NCBI GenBank assembly: GCA_973895155.1 | Contig: OZ316891.1 | Span: forward strand, 21,690,513 to 21,754,512 | Length of the DNA: 64,000 nt | Direction of reading: 5' to 3' | From: Marsupella aquatica | Taxonomy: Eukaryota; Plantae; Marchantiophyta | Shown: piece after piece, positions 50,930 through 64,000 of the stretch | Numbering within the stretch: position 1 is the stretch's first letter | Layout: every line of letters starts with the position of its first letter | Program-made: the position numbers and the translations under genes | Notes under the pieces: model-generated | Databases searched by the model: none | Seen by the model: only the letters and a program-made list of their open reading frames with translations | Told to the model about the DNA's origin: nothing

Positions 50930-53900
50930 AAACAAATACCCTCCGGTGGATACTGCAAATATAGGCTGGAGTGGTATCCAATGGTGAAAGAGTCACCGGT
51001 CCATCTGCAAGAGATTGCTCTACTCCTGACTGTGGTGTAAAAGCATGACACCATGCGTCATGTACCAATCATGCTGCTGCCTGTGGCAAGGCCTGTCCAA
51101 TGCCCCGCACCGGTGGCGTCACATTGCCAACAAGTAATCCCCGCACGATCCGCTCCTCATGTGACTCCTCCAATGGTGGAAAATCTGCTGCATGCACATT
51201 ACCCTCAATCAAATCATCAAGTCCAGTAATTACAGCACTAAATGCTGCCAAAGACAATAGTGTGGATTTAGGGCTTCCCACAGGTCCACTAAATCGCATT
51301 GGCAACCTGCTCAATTGAGCATCTCTTGATTGCCAATCAGGTCAATATGACACTGAATCATCCAAAAAATCAAGAATGAATCCCATGGGGTACAGCACTG
51401 TACATCCCACCAACACATCATATAACTCTACCTTAGTCAAAATAGCTTGCGCCTCTATCTATGAGCTATCTGTTGCATGACCTTCCTGAATCCTCAAATC
51501 AAGTGGTCTCCTGGTGATATGTAACGTTGTGTAGGTGTAGGTCCCCCCAATGAAGTCTAAATGGGAAAGGGACAATCCTCCAAATCCTCTCCAGGGACGT
51601 AATCCCGGCCAATCCACGTATGGCAGACTTCTCCAACATCAAGGGCTGAGCACCAGTATCCAGTAACACACTCTCTGGCTGCAATACTATTCCAAATGAC
51701 CCAACTAATCGGAAGATACCACTCCAATTATCCAATGACACAACACTAGGTTTAAACCTAGTCCTCTCAAATGCAGGGCGTGCTGGTAAATCCACTAACC
51801 TCGCTGCTGTTGCATGCCATGTCTCACTAGTAGCAGTAGGTGGCATGGTCTTCACTACTTCAACACTGCAAGCTGCTTTTGCATGAGAAACAACAATTGA
51901 AGTGTCCTCACAGAGTGTAGCTACCAATCTGAACATTTCTGCATCATGACCAATTCCCAAGTTCAGCATGTTTGTCGCTGAAAATAATGAGGTGCATACT
52001 ATGGCAGTAGCCGCCTCTAGTAGGGTACTTGTCATGCCTGCTGCATCACTACCTGATTTTGCCAACTTACCCACACTAGGGTTTGTCCGAACCAGGTTTA
52101 TAGAGGCAGTCTGAACTGTTTTTGACAATGTAAAAAACTGAGGAAGCTTTGTCTACCGACGTACATCCCCCCTCTGTGGATCTTGCTCTACTACTGCTCC
52201 TTGGGGCTCAAGAGCTTTGGCTGCCCCACGTGTCAAAGCTACTGATGCATCAATATGTGCAGTGTCACACATGAATCCCATGGTGGCAAGGTCTCCATCA
52301 GCTCCATAAGATGTGGAAGGACCATGGGATGTGGAAGGTCCATAGGATGTAAATGCCCCATCACCACAAGTAGGTCTCACCTGGGAACTAGCCATGGTAG
52401 CTAGCTGTTGCTCCAATTGAGCAATCTTAGCATCCTTTGGATCTATGGTTATAGTAGGGGCAGCGTCACCTCCCTATTTCCTTGCATGTGGCATGCCACG
52501 ACCGCGTCCACCACCTCTATCTCCTCCTCCTCTTCCCTGATCATGTGTACGTGATCCTTCTCTCCGTAACTCAGGATGGAGTAAGAAACACCTGTCCTTG
52601 GTGTGTCTAGGAGCTCCACAATTATCACACTGTCGTTGATTAGGCGGTCATGCTCCCCCTGATCCTCTATGATCTGGGCAATATCTCTGTGCATGATCTC
52701 CACCACAGGTCCAACATTCTGACTACTGTCCAACATAAGAGGGCACAGGTCTTTGGCTGGTAGACTCTCGTGCAATAGGCTTCTTCCTCCGGCTTTTCCG
52801 TGTAGTAGGCTGTGGTGTGGATGTAGATGCAGCCTTTGGTGCTTCCTTGGCAAATCCGGAAGTGATCACCTTCTCATTCACCATATTGAGCTCAATGGTG
52901 GAAAGCAAGATTGAGGGGTACCAAAAAAGGATCTCCAATGTCTCCACCAAAAGGACCTGAGACTCCTTTGAATGCAATAAATAGGGGGGTGTTACACTCA
53001 AGGGTTGTGATCTTATTTTGGCACATCAAAGGCTATCATTTAACCTAGATCTTTGGAAGTGTGCCCCATCTTTGAGGAAGTGTACAAAACTTTGAGGAAG
53101 TGTGTCCAACCTCTGAGGAAGTGTACAAAACTTTGAGGAAGTGTGTCCAACCTCTGAGGAAGTGTGTCAATCTTTAAGTTACTCCTTGCTAATCTCCTTT
53201 TTTAATGAGGACTATTAGAGCTAATCCATAGTCCTTTTTGCACTTTTTGGTACCCCTCAATCTTGCTTTCCACCCAATGCGCTCAGAAAGTGTAAAAAAA
53301 ATTGCTAATATGGGATCTGCATCCCTAAGCAGAGTGACATCTCTCACTCTACGTCGCAATTCTTTGTCCAGAATTTCATACCAAAATTGGACTACCTGAG
53401 CCTTTGTCACTCCCTTGGTGACAGTGATCAATCTGCGCATACGAGTACATATGCCTCACGTAGACTCTCTCCAGCCTTGCGCTAAAACTCCTGGAGACCC
53501 TTCAACTTATCAGTTCTCATACCCTGATAGTTCTGCTTCAGTACCTCAAAGAATTCCACCACAGGGTTAAATATTGGCACAACTCCAGTTCTTGTCACAA
53601 TCACACAGGCAGGAGTAGCGGTGGATGCTGCTGGAGTGCTATTGGTGGATGGTGTGTCACTCTGGCTAGTGCTGCTAGAAGAAGCAACAGTTGTGGCAAT
53701 GGGTTGGACAGCCGCATTAGTGCCATAGGTGATGGACACGTTATTAGGCGACCAATGTTGCCTCCATGCCTCAATCTCAACCAAATGAGCCTTCCAAAAC
53801 TCATGGTAGTCATCCATGGGTGGCCCCTCCAAATGCTGAAATAATCCCTTCCATGTCATGAAAGGGGTAAACAACGTGGCGTTACGCAATGTCTGCATAT

Positions 53901-55531
53901 CGCACCACATATCAAAATCCTGGATGAAGTCATCCAGATCAATCGTGCCAACTACGCCAGAGTATCGTCGTGGGCCCTTTGTAGCCCTGTACATCTCGTC
54001 CATATCCCACAGCAAAGGTGCAACCACCTGATGACGAGGAGAACTGGTCACTGAGTCCTCGTCAAAATCACTGTCTGAAGCTGCACTGTTGACTGCTACC
54101 AATGCCGTTGGCCAAAACTGCGCCCCACTCCGAGTCAAATATTCAAGAATCCATCGCAAAGTTCTAGTTCAAACAGAGTAGCTAGAAGAATTCAAAAGTG
54201 CATAAAACCCCTAGGGCCTCATTCCTTGGACACCAAGTGTAGAAGGAAGTATGTACAATGCACCACATAGGAACTTGCTAGTTAAGCGCATGAGGGGAGG
54301 AATAGCTTTGGGATGGGTGACCTCTCACTTGTCATTATGCACCAAATTTGCCACTCCAAAATGGCAGCACTTGCAATTCTCCTCACGTACTAGGCTTGCT
54401 GGCCCGCCCACTCCTGCTCTGCTCTCATGCCCCTCATCCCGAGTAACCACGAGTTTCCTCGAAGCCTCTAAGCGCTGAGATGAGCCAAAGAGTGAGCCCT
54501 TCATGCCCGCTACGCCGGAACTAACTTCCGGTTTTGGCAACATTCATACTTTGGCCCACAGTTTCCTTCGTGGGAATGCAACCTCTCAGCTTTTGCAACA
54601 TTCAGAGTGGAAATGCAGGTTTGACAACATAACTACGTACAGTCCGCACCGCCAAAACAACAACACATGAAAGTCGTTTCCTTCACAAAAATGTGGTTGT
54701 TGCTTCTACTTGACAGCCGCCTCGGTTACACTTAGCGCCGCGTCCCTTCGCAAAACATTGGAGCCCGATTCGGCAACATGCAATAGTCGTTTCCTTTCAA
54801 GAAATGCAGGTTCAGAGTGCATCGGTCGTCGGCAAGACTACAAATTCAGCAACATTCGTCGGATTGATCCCTTCACACAAATGCGGGCAACAGAAACACA
54901 CTCTCCAATCACAAATCAGCAGATCGAACATTCACCCCCCATAGAGCACCGCACCCAATCTAGTTGCAGCCAATCGGTACAACTCAACCGAACACAATTG
55001 ATTAGAGCCATGGATAGGCTACAGATCTGGCGAACCTCCAACTCCAGATCCGCTCATGAATCAAACTCACACGATCTCAACTTGGATCCACATACCGGCA
55101 ATCCAATCAAGCAATACGATGCACGATCCGAGATACCACAAACCGTTGCCAAACACAATCAAACTGAAAATCGAAGCTCTGTCCAACAATGCCTGATCTT
55201 TCAATGTAATCTCAATAGAATCCGAACAACGATTGATACCAACAATACGCACTCAATCCCGTCCGATCCGATCACACACATATGTCGAGCCAACGCACCT
55301 TGCACTCAAGAAATCCACGCTACATAGAGAGAGCTCTCAACCACCATAGCCACCACACAAGCTCCCATCTCCAAGGCTCAACATTGAAAGATAACCTTTC
55401 AATGCCTCACAAGAGAGAACTACCCTCTCACACAAACCTAATGGAACCTTATAGGTTCATATAGCACACATACCAAACATACGGATCTGGATAGTAAGAT
55501 ACACTCTAACACTACCTAGAATGGTGTGACA
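50930..55531 (-). mobile_element. Second gypsy remnant: LTR 54238-55531, PBS-like TGGTGTCC, gag and protease; pol missing
   Basis: gag 53482-54159 (LDDFIQDFDMWCD), protease VLLDTGAQPLML in 51499-52128; LTR TG...CA. Confidence 0.7.
52897..53274. mobile_element. MITE family A relative, TSD CAAT
   Basis: TIR GGTGGAAAGCAAGATTGAGGGGTACC; CAAT at 52893-52896 and 53275-53278. Confidence 0.9.
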
Positions 55532-56189
55532 AACGAAAGCCCCAACATGACACCAAAACATTGTCCATGATCATGACCCACCAGGGTTAAAGGTAGACAA
55601 AATGAAGCAATGGAGATTGTGTAGTACGAGGATAAGGAGGTCAAGAGCGGCCGGGGAGCAAGTTGTAGTGACAACAAATTCTGCAACGTAACGACTATGG
55701 CAGATGTGGTTACTAGGAATCTGACTGTTACATCAAAGAAATAGACATCCCACAGCATAGTATATCAACCCCGATATCAACTGCATGTAACTTGATCCAA
55801 TCTGCTGCCTTAGACTCCACTATAAGCATGTGATCGACCTCTGGCATAGACGGACAGATCATGTCAGTTTCTAGCGGCTTAATCACATACATGACAAAAA
55901 ATCATCTTGTCGATGGGACATCCACCACCCCCATGTCTAACTGAAGGATATCTGTGTTAAAGTCTGTATCCAAGCAAAATAACATTGATAAAACATTCCC
56001 AGGAAATTTTTTGATTCACTGAGCAAATAGGTCCCTTCAACTTCTTCACACCTACCTCTGGGGATCTTTTCCAATTAGTCGTTCCCAGGCAAAGCTTTGA
56101 TTCACTGAGCAAAAAGGCCCTTTCAACTTGTTCACACCTACCTCTGGGGATCTTCTCCAATTAATTGCTACCATGTTTGCCTCTTGATA

Positions 56190-56650
56190 CATTATGACCA
56201 TCACAGATGACTAATCATGGTATTCCTGGGTATTCCTGGGTATTCCTCTTAAAGTACAAACGTGAGCCTTTTGACACATTGAAGATGTTTAAAGTCCAAG
56301 TCAAAAATCAACTCTCATGCAAATTTCGGGGGCAAATTCTATGTGTTCTTAGGCACCGAGGTGGAAAATCTCTGCCAAATAATTTTTTTCTCAATACCTG
56401 TTTCATCATGGCATCGGCTGTCAACTCACATTAAGTTGCTATATTGATTACCCTCCACGTACATCAAAATGGCATAGCCAAAAGGAAAATTTGAACACAT
56501 CTGAATATTGTAGATAGCCTGTACGTCCATTGGCTCGAATCTGCCAGCATTTCTCTGGGGAGAAATCGTACGAACTGCAAGTTATACAAAATAGATGCAG
56601 TACAAGAGCACTCAATCAAGAGTACTCCGTTCCAGGCTCTCTTGAAGGAG
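56190..56650 (+). pseudogene. Degraded copia integrase fragment
   Basis: YSWVFLLKYKRE..D.LK.FK..VKNQL...LRHRGG, then QNGIAKRK. Confidence 0.65.
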
Positions 56651-57129
56651 AATCTAACGTACCGTCCTCGATCTGGTCCAACATCAGGTTCTAGATTTTG
56701 ATCTTCCCTATGCAGAAAGGGAGAGACTACGCACTCATTACATATCTAGCTGCGCCTAGGTTGTGATCTTCGATCATTGTGCGTCAACATGAGCTTGAGG
56801 GCCGAGATTTACAAGGAGCTTCAAGGCTGCCCAGCCTGGGAGACGGTTCGGAGACTTGCCAGACCAGTAGTGGAGAAAATGAGGAGGGGACGGGTCAATT
56901 CCCTCCAAGGGCGAATTGATTCATTCCAATGCTTTTTGTTACGAGTAATGGGGAGGCTAGGCAACTAAGGAGCCAGGTTAGTAGGAGAGTTCAATTCTAA
57001 CATGCAGGAACTGTGGACTATCTGGACATACGTACCAGAATGGTATTGAGCGCAACTGTGGGGTTCCAAGCTCAATACGTACCATTCTGCAAGGAGCAGA
57101 ACGTAGAACCTGCAGAATCTGTGGAAAAA

Positions 57130-57300
57130 TGACATGATCGATAGGACGGTATGTCCAGTTCTCGTCCTTTCTGGAGCAGTCCAACCATGATCGATAGGAG
57201 GGTATGCCCAGTTCTCGACCTTTCTGCAAGGAGCAGTCCAACCATGATCGATAGGAGGGTATGCCTAGTTCTCGGCCTTTCTGCAAGGAGCAGTCCAACC
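57130..57300. repeat. ~60-bp tandem repeat, ~3 copies
   Basis: catgatcgatagga.ggtatg...ggagcagtccaac repeated. Confidence 0.8.
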
Positions 57301-60289
57301 TACAGTACCTATAGACAAACAAGACATGATCAGCACCTCACTTTTCGGCACCTCATGCTCCAGACACCGCTACTTTGTTGGCAGCTGAGACGTCAAACAC
57401 GGCTACTTTGATCGATCACAGGGGCTATGCAAAAAGGAAAAGGGAACTTTCCAACAGATAGTAGTCTAACTTTAAGTGAAGAAGGGAACGGCAAAGAGAA
57501 GATGGCGAAAGCTCAATGTTCTATACGTCATGATGAGCCTGAGACTTTAATCAGGCTCTATGAGTCTTTGACGCTGGACACTCACTCAGACACAGGGAAA
57601 AACTGTCACATGCCCCTGTCGGAAATCAAATTTATCCTAGTACCTTATGTGTGACTTTTACCTAGTTTGTTATTGGTGTTCTTAAGTCTTACTTACAAAA
57701 AAGACAATAGTAGAGTATTTGTATTTTCCTTTGGTAATACGTGGGTTTTTGCCAATTCTCTTGTGTTCAGACAGGAATTTGTATACTTACCTACGTACAA
57801 ACACTAAAACTGCTCATAAATCTTCAACCAGAGTATCAATTTGGGCTATAAAAATTGTGTCAATGAATTCTAAATGGGTAATGATGCATGAATCATTACC
57901 TAATAGTCTACATAAACAATACACGTGCCTTGTTCCACTTAAAAGTATTAAAAGTACCCAAAGATATCCTCAGGAATTACTACATAACATACTGGGAAAT
58001 TTAATTCCAACATGGGGTCCCACTTTAAATCAGAACTCGGAGAAGCTCCTATATTCAGAAGTGGAAATGTATGCAATTCTACCACTTTGCGCGTTCTCCT
58101 ACTTATTTGTCAAAATGATAGGAGAAACCTCAACAAAATGGGAGTATGTCCCACATGGGAAGGGGATAGATCTGCCTTGTGAGAGTTGAAAGTGAATGCA
58201 CACTTCCTTGAGAATTGCCCAACAAGCCAAATGCCCTTTGCAGCAATGAGACCACCTCCAGGGAGCACCTAAGCCCATGTCAACAAATTAAGTCCTGTTA
58301 AATCATTCTATCTACGTAGATGAGATCCAAGAGGCAGTTGACTCAGACCCAAGCCACTTCTCCTGGTCCAAATAGTAAAAGTACCAAGTCAACAATTAAT
58401 GGAGTCTAAACCTAAGAGTCCAAATAGACGGCTGGACTGAACTAAGAGTCAAAGTCGGACCCAGACAAACAATTTGAGAGTGCCTCGGGGAGTGCATGAA
58501 GGCTAAGTCAAACAACAGAGTACGTCCAAATGATCTGAGATTGCATATGGTCTTAATTATAATGAGAATGCTGGACTAAAAGCAAGCTCAGACCAAGATC
58601 ACTCAACCAGGTTTTAGATTAACTGTTGGACTCATTTCAGTCATATATCACAAAGATAGCTCCGTGCCAAAATACACTTTGAATGTATCATCACTCTTGA
58701 GTCTTGTTGGTGTCTCCATTCACACCACAGAACACGGCTCCCAAAAAGGCATTGTGTGTCTGTTAACCGCAGAAGGCATAAAGCGCACTGGCTAGGGCTG
58801 CCTGACTCAATTATAACCGTGGTGAAGTCTTACGGATCAAGCCAAGGTCAAATCCTACTCCACAAGCTTCACGAAAATCCTTTGGGTGGGAAAGAGTCAA
58901 GTAGTGGGTTTTCAATTTGTCCATCCTCATTAACTGTTGAACTTGAATGAACATAATTAGTAAAGAAACATTATGGCCGTAGCCTTGTTTTGGTGTAATG
59001 ACCATTTCAGATATTGGGAAAGTACTATGTAGGTTGAAGTTGACCGTATCAGTATTATTGTTGGTATTCAAATGAAACCATGTGCTCTAATGTGATCTAA
59101 GTTGTAAGGATTAATCATCATTCATGAAATTCCAGCCCCAAAATTTCCTACCAACTCCTGGCATGAAACTTTTTCAATTGGATCCTCTAAGCATATCGCG
59201 TGGCCCAAGAAAGGGGTCATTAGTCAAGTGGGACGGAAGGTGATTGATTACGGACTGTGACCGTAATCCAATGAAATGTCTGTAATTTTTGCACTGGCTG
59301 GGAGTCGGTCAATGGAACTAAACGGTAGACAAAAGCTTGCTCGAGTCGATTCTTACATGGTTGGACACAAACTATTGTTTTTCTTATGGGGCTCCACCCG
59401 CACCCTAAATGTTGTGGTGAATCCAAACTTGGGTCAGATTAGGGGCACATATGAAATACACAGTGCAAGGACAATTCAACATTATCCATGGCCACCCTAG
59501 TCATCGAACAATTTAGTCATGGCACAATTCAAGCATGACGATCGACCTTCAGCTGCCAAGCATCCCATTATTTATTGGTCTTAGTTAGTCAGATTCAAGT
59601 CTAGGAATATGTATCCACGTGGATGTGATATTCCTAAACACCAGAACTTACAACACGCCAGTAGGGAGTAAAAGGCGATGACCATTTTGACCTTCGCTAT
59701 CCTCCAACCAATTATATATCTACATGCTCTGCATTCGAGGTTGGGTTATTATAGATGAATAATACTTATAAGTTAGGGGCAAGATCAAGGAAGCACACAT
59801 AACTCCATTACTTGGGAGTTGACAGAACTGATCGAGCACAAAAAAGAAAGTGACATTAGAATTCTGGTGGTTGTCCATGCCAATGCAAGCTATCGAATGC
59901 AGATGACACTAATTGCATGACTCAATCAAGAACGAAGAGAAAAATCAACGAAGAGAGCAGGAGCCAGAAACACATACATGTTAATTCCAGTACTGCCATG
60001 TACATCGTGGCCCAAGTACAGGCACAAATTAAAGAAAGAAAGAATCTGCCTCCCAAAAAACTCAACTAGATTGCTAGTACAGGCACAAAAGAAAGAAAAC
60101 ATCTGCTCCCAAAAAACTCAACTAGATTGGTAGCTGGGAGCACAAGAAATTGTAGACAGGCTTGAGCCACAGATCGATAACCTAGCCAAGGCACTCATAT
60201 TAGCCTAGATATATCTCAGACTTCCAGGAATTGCTTGCATGACAGGCCATAAGAGTAGATCGACGATTTACTTCTCCTACTTACCGTGC

Positions 60290-61595
60290 CTATGGAGGCA
60301 AGGTAAGCCTCACTGGAGTTTTGGAAGGGCACACCCTAAGTGGAAGTGTTCCAAACATTGCACCACTCTTGCTCAGGGCAACCTTTGCACTCTCGGCCGT
60401 CGCGAACTCCACAAAACTGATTTGTGTGGCATGATAGCGGTCTCCCAACGTACAATCTAAAATGGACAACCGTCCCGCAAGAACTCTCGAAAAGAAGCTT
60501 CGATCACATCGATCGGCCGGAGATAAGTTCTTGTAGATGTTCTTCCAGTAGACGGTACGCGAACACCTTTCCCTTTCATCTTCGGAACGAGGAAGAAAAG
60601 CTGGATTTACAGGAACAATTGCTGTCTTTGAAGGCGCAAAACACATAGGAGATGTTGGATTATAACAAGCCAACATATGCCCAAACTTCAATGCTTTCCG
60701 TGCACCATCCTCCCAAGCGAACTCCAAAAATCCAAAGCTAAACTGGGATTTTGGATCCCCCCAGATCCGGCAATCTACTATCTGCCCAGCACTTTGGAAG
60801 AGGCTCGCAAGATACACTTCAGTAACTTCGTGGTGGATGAAGGACACATAAATCGTTCTTCGGAGACGGTAATCCTGTTGTGCCCTAGCCCTTCTAAACT
60901 GATGATTCGCTCCTGTTTTCTTCCTCCAACTGTTGCACGATGATGCCGCTGATGAAGCAAACGGGAGTGCAAATGAATTCAGCATACTGTCGGAGGGTGA
61001 TGCCTCTGATCGTGCAGTGAAGCCAGTAGCGGACCAAAGAAGATGTAACAAACCCGTCTCCAACCATAGCCTTCCCCATAGCGTTCGGCCTTGTGAGATG
61101 CTCTTCTGAACCTTTCAAACTCTCACCGTAAAGAGGAGCAATGGGGTATTGTGAGACATCTTCAATGGACTTCTCCTGTTCAAGATGCGGTTTCTGTTCC
61201 TGGAGAGCTTGGTCGTGCTCCCGCTTGCGCTGCAGTTCTTGGAGGAGTTCAACTAGCCCAAAAGTTTTCTCCACCACATTCTCTGATGTATCCGTGCGGG
61301 TATCAGAGGAGGCCAAAGATTGTGCCACCAGAATCCGTGGATTCGATCCTATCGCCATGCCCATCCCGATGCTTTTGATACCTGTACTGGGGGGTTGCTG
61401 CACTGACGCTTCCTCCGCTGAGGATAGTTCCATGGGTGGAGCAAGGGGGTGCTCAGTCATCTCTTGTTCCTGATGCATATGCTGGTCCTGGAAGAGGTGA
61501 TGCTGTTGTTGTTGTGTGTCTAGTTGAGACTGCTCCCACTGACTCACCACCACATTGTGTGATGTATCCGTATAGGCCAGAGAGGGTACCGTCAC
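60290..61595 (-). pseudogene. Intronless, frameshifted copy of a CID8-13-like (PABP-interacting, two-RRM) RNA-binding protein gene
   Basis: RRTIYVS...GQIVDCRIWGDP...PSKTAIVPVNPAFLPRSEDERERCSRTVY...FVEFATAESA...LRVCPSKTPVR; N-terminal part lies in another frame (60894-61595). Confidence 0.8.
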
Positions 61596-62439
61596 ATTAA
61601 TCCCTGCATTAATTCAAGCCTGTCATGTCTCCATTCCACCCTGGCAGATTTGCAGGCTTCTACTCAAGGCTAGGGTTTCAGTTGTTCGTCATTCTCCGGT
61701 GAGAATCACTGCTGATGGGGGAGCAAGCTAGCGGTGGTGTGTGTCATCTTCAATTTGCTGGGATTATGATCCGTTAAGTAGATCGATCTTGGTCTGCCTT
61801 GCACCACATGGAGCACAAATGTTGTCTCCATCACATCGTCTGGTGTATCGATCCTCCAAGAAGTTTCCAGCAAAACGCCCTTCATTCAAGTCTTCCTCGA
61901 TCAATCTCCATGTTCTCATGCAGTGCCAGCACATTGCCATCTATCTAAATATTCTCAATACTTAACCCTAACACCAAATCCACTCTACTTCAAACCAGAT
62001 TGAAGTCTTGACAGGTCCGGGATTAGAAGAGAACTAAGCACACCAGGATATACAAGAGTGACTGAATGAAAGTTGAAAGGATGTCGATCCTTCTCCAAAA
62101 TTGCTGCTAGACATTTGATTCAATTTATCCCGGGGATCCATCACCGTATCCCCAATGCTTAAAGCTCCGTGTTGAACGGAACCACTAGGTCAAAGGTTGA
62201 GTACGTTTTGGATGGACGTGGCAATCCAGAAAACGGCTATGGAATAGGCCCCTCATCGTTTAAGGCTAATGCCTTTAGGTTAACAGTACTCCTTTTGCTC
62301 CATGGGGAGCGCCATGAACTGGATGGCCACCTGGTAACCGTACAATTTGCCTGAACATATATGTGAGATTCATTTCATGCACACTCAGGCACGATCTCTA
62401 AACTCTATCCAGGCCGGCCCATATCCAGGCTGGCCCACT

Positions 62440-63700
62440 TCTCTCGCCAATGAAGAGGACACATGGATAAAGTAGGGAAGCCCCTTGAGCTTGCCAGGTG
62501 GTAACTTACAATTTGCCATCTTTCCAGCCTGAAAACATTCGATCCATTGTTTCAGAAAGGTATGAGCTCTAATTGCAAATCTATCGATCTAAGCAGGAAT
62601 GCACATTTGTCCTAGCCTGCCAATGACAAGAGGACACATGGACAAGGTACGGAAGACTCTTGAGCTTGCCACATGGTAACTTACAATCTGCCATCTTTCC
62701 AGCCTGAACATTCAATCGATTGATCCACAAAGGTACGAACTCCAATTAAGTACAATTAGCTCTATCTAAGCAAGAATGCCCATTTCTCCTGCCAATGAAA
62801 AGTGAGTACATGAACAAGGTGCGGAAGACCCTTGAGCTTGCCACGTGGTATCTTACGATTTGCTATCTTTCCAGCCTAAATTAACATCCCGCTGAACATT
62901 CGACCCATTGTTCAGAAAGGTACGAGCTCTAAGTATAACTCTATCTATGCAGGAATGCCCATATGTTTCTCCTGCCAATGACAAGAGGTGAAATGGACAA
63001 GGCACGAAAATACCCTGAGCTTGCCAGGTGGTAACTTACAATTTGCTATCTTTCTAGCCTGAATATTAGATCCATTGTTCCAGAAAGGTAGAGCTCTAAG
63101 TACAACTCTATCTATGCTGGATTGTTTGTTTCTCGATCCTGCCATTGACAAAAGGACACATGGACAAGACACGGAAGACCTGTGAGCTTCTCAGATGGTA
63201 ACTCACAATTTTCTACCTTAATTTCCTGCAGCCTAGACATGCAATCCATTGTTCCAGTCAGGTTTTAGCTCTAAGTACGACTCTATGTATGCAGGATCGA
63301 ATGCCCATTTCCTGCCATTGACAAATGGACACAAGGACAAGACACACGGAAGACCTCTGAGCTTGTCAGGTGGTAAATTACAATTTGCTACCTTAATTTC
63401 CTGCAGCCTGAACACCCGATCCATTGTTCCAGTCAGTTCGAGCTACTAAGTATAACTCTATGTATTCAAGAATGCCCATTTCTGCTGCCAATGACAAGAG
63501 TACACATTGGACAAGGAACAGAAGACCCTTGAGCTTGCCACGTAGTAACTTACAATTTGCTACCTTTCAGTCTGAACATTAGATCCATGGTTACAGTCAG
63601 GTATTACGGGCTCTAAACTCTACCTATGCACATTTCTGTGTCCATGCAATTACAAGAGGACACATTGACAAGGCTAGGGATGGAAGGTATATTAAGCACC
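62440..63700. repeat. ~173-bp tandem satellite, ~7-8 diverged units
   Basis: GCCAATGACAAGAGGACACATGGACAAG...GAGCTTGCCAGGTGGTAACTTACAATTTGC recurs at ~62446, 62619, 62790, 62974, 63141, 63313, 63487. Confidence 0.9.
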
Positions 63701-64000
63701 ATGTATGCACCCTGTATTCCCCTTTCTATTACCAATGACAGGAGATCAAACAAGTGGACAAGGTTAGGAGCCTCAATCATCAAAGTTAATCATGTAGCCG
63801 TCAATTTGATCCCCACTGAGGTTTCTGTTGTTGCTGTATTTGTGTTCTTAGTTGTCCTTAGTTGGTTTTGGCCTGAAGACGTCAGGTGTCGGGTACTTAG
63901 GGGCAAAATGGCTAGCTAGCTCCACACCCATGCTGGGTAGGAGAATCTTGGCAACAGAAATGGGAATACATTTTCCCAGGATCAGAATTAACAATATATG

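Noticed and set aside
54710-55327. 205-aa ORF
   Set aside because: Lies inside an LTR, has no ATG start and no recognisable domain.
57719-59500. Scattered 60-156-aa ORFs
   Set aside because: No motifs; consistent with chance ORFs in intergenic DNA.

Overview
Eukaryotic, transposon-dense plant DNA, most likely from a non-seed land plant (bryophyte-like; inferred). Nearly the whole window is a nested stack of transposons. The outer layer is a minus-strand Ty3/gypsy chromovirus (3' LTR <1-1355, PBS 49788-49799, 5' LTR from ~49804). Its gag is split by a ~26.6-kb insertion (~6056-32695), and its 5' region carries a complete CACTA element (33309-42997) and a young Bianca-type Copia (43439-49311). 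The 26.6-kb insertion itself holds two large cargo elements. (1) A 12.3-kb TIR element (8840-21124, 25-bp TIRs, GGGT TSD) encodes a Sola1-like DDE transposase, a spliced ParB-like + prokaryote-type amino-DNA-methyltransferase gene and three small ORFs. About 23 copies of the palindrome CGATAAATTTATCG, many flanked by N7-YATTC, lie in its non-coding DNA. (2) An ~8.4-kb element (~22434-30820) encodes a second, divergent ParB-like + MTase-fold gene and carries its own different palindrome, AGCGC-N3-GCGCT. The main candidate novel system is this pairing of a ParB-MTase gene with an element-specific, parS-like palindrome. The CACTA also carries a SET-domain exon. The rest of the window holds MITEs, a second gypsy remnant, a copia fragment, an intronless CID/RRM retrocopy and a ~173-bp satellite. 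All calls are by eye from the sequence and ORF track; no database searches were run.
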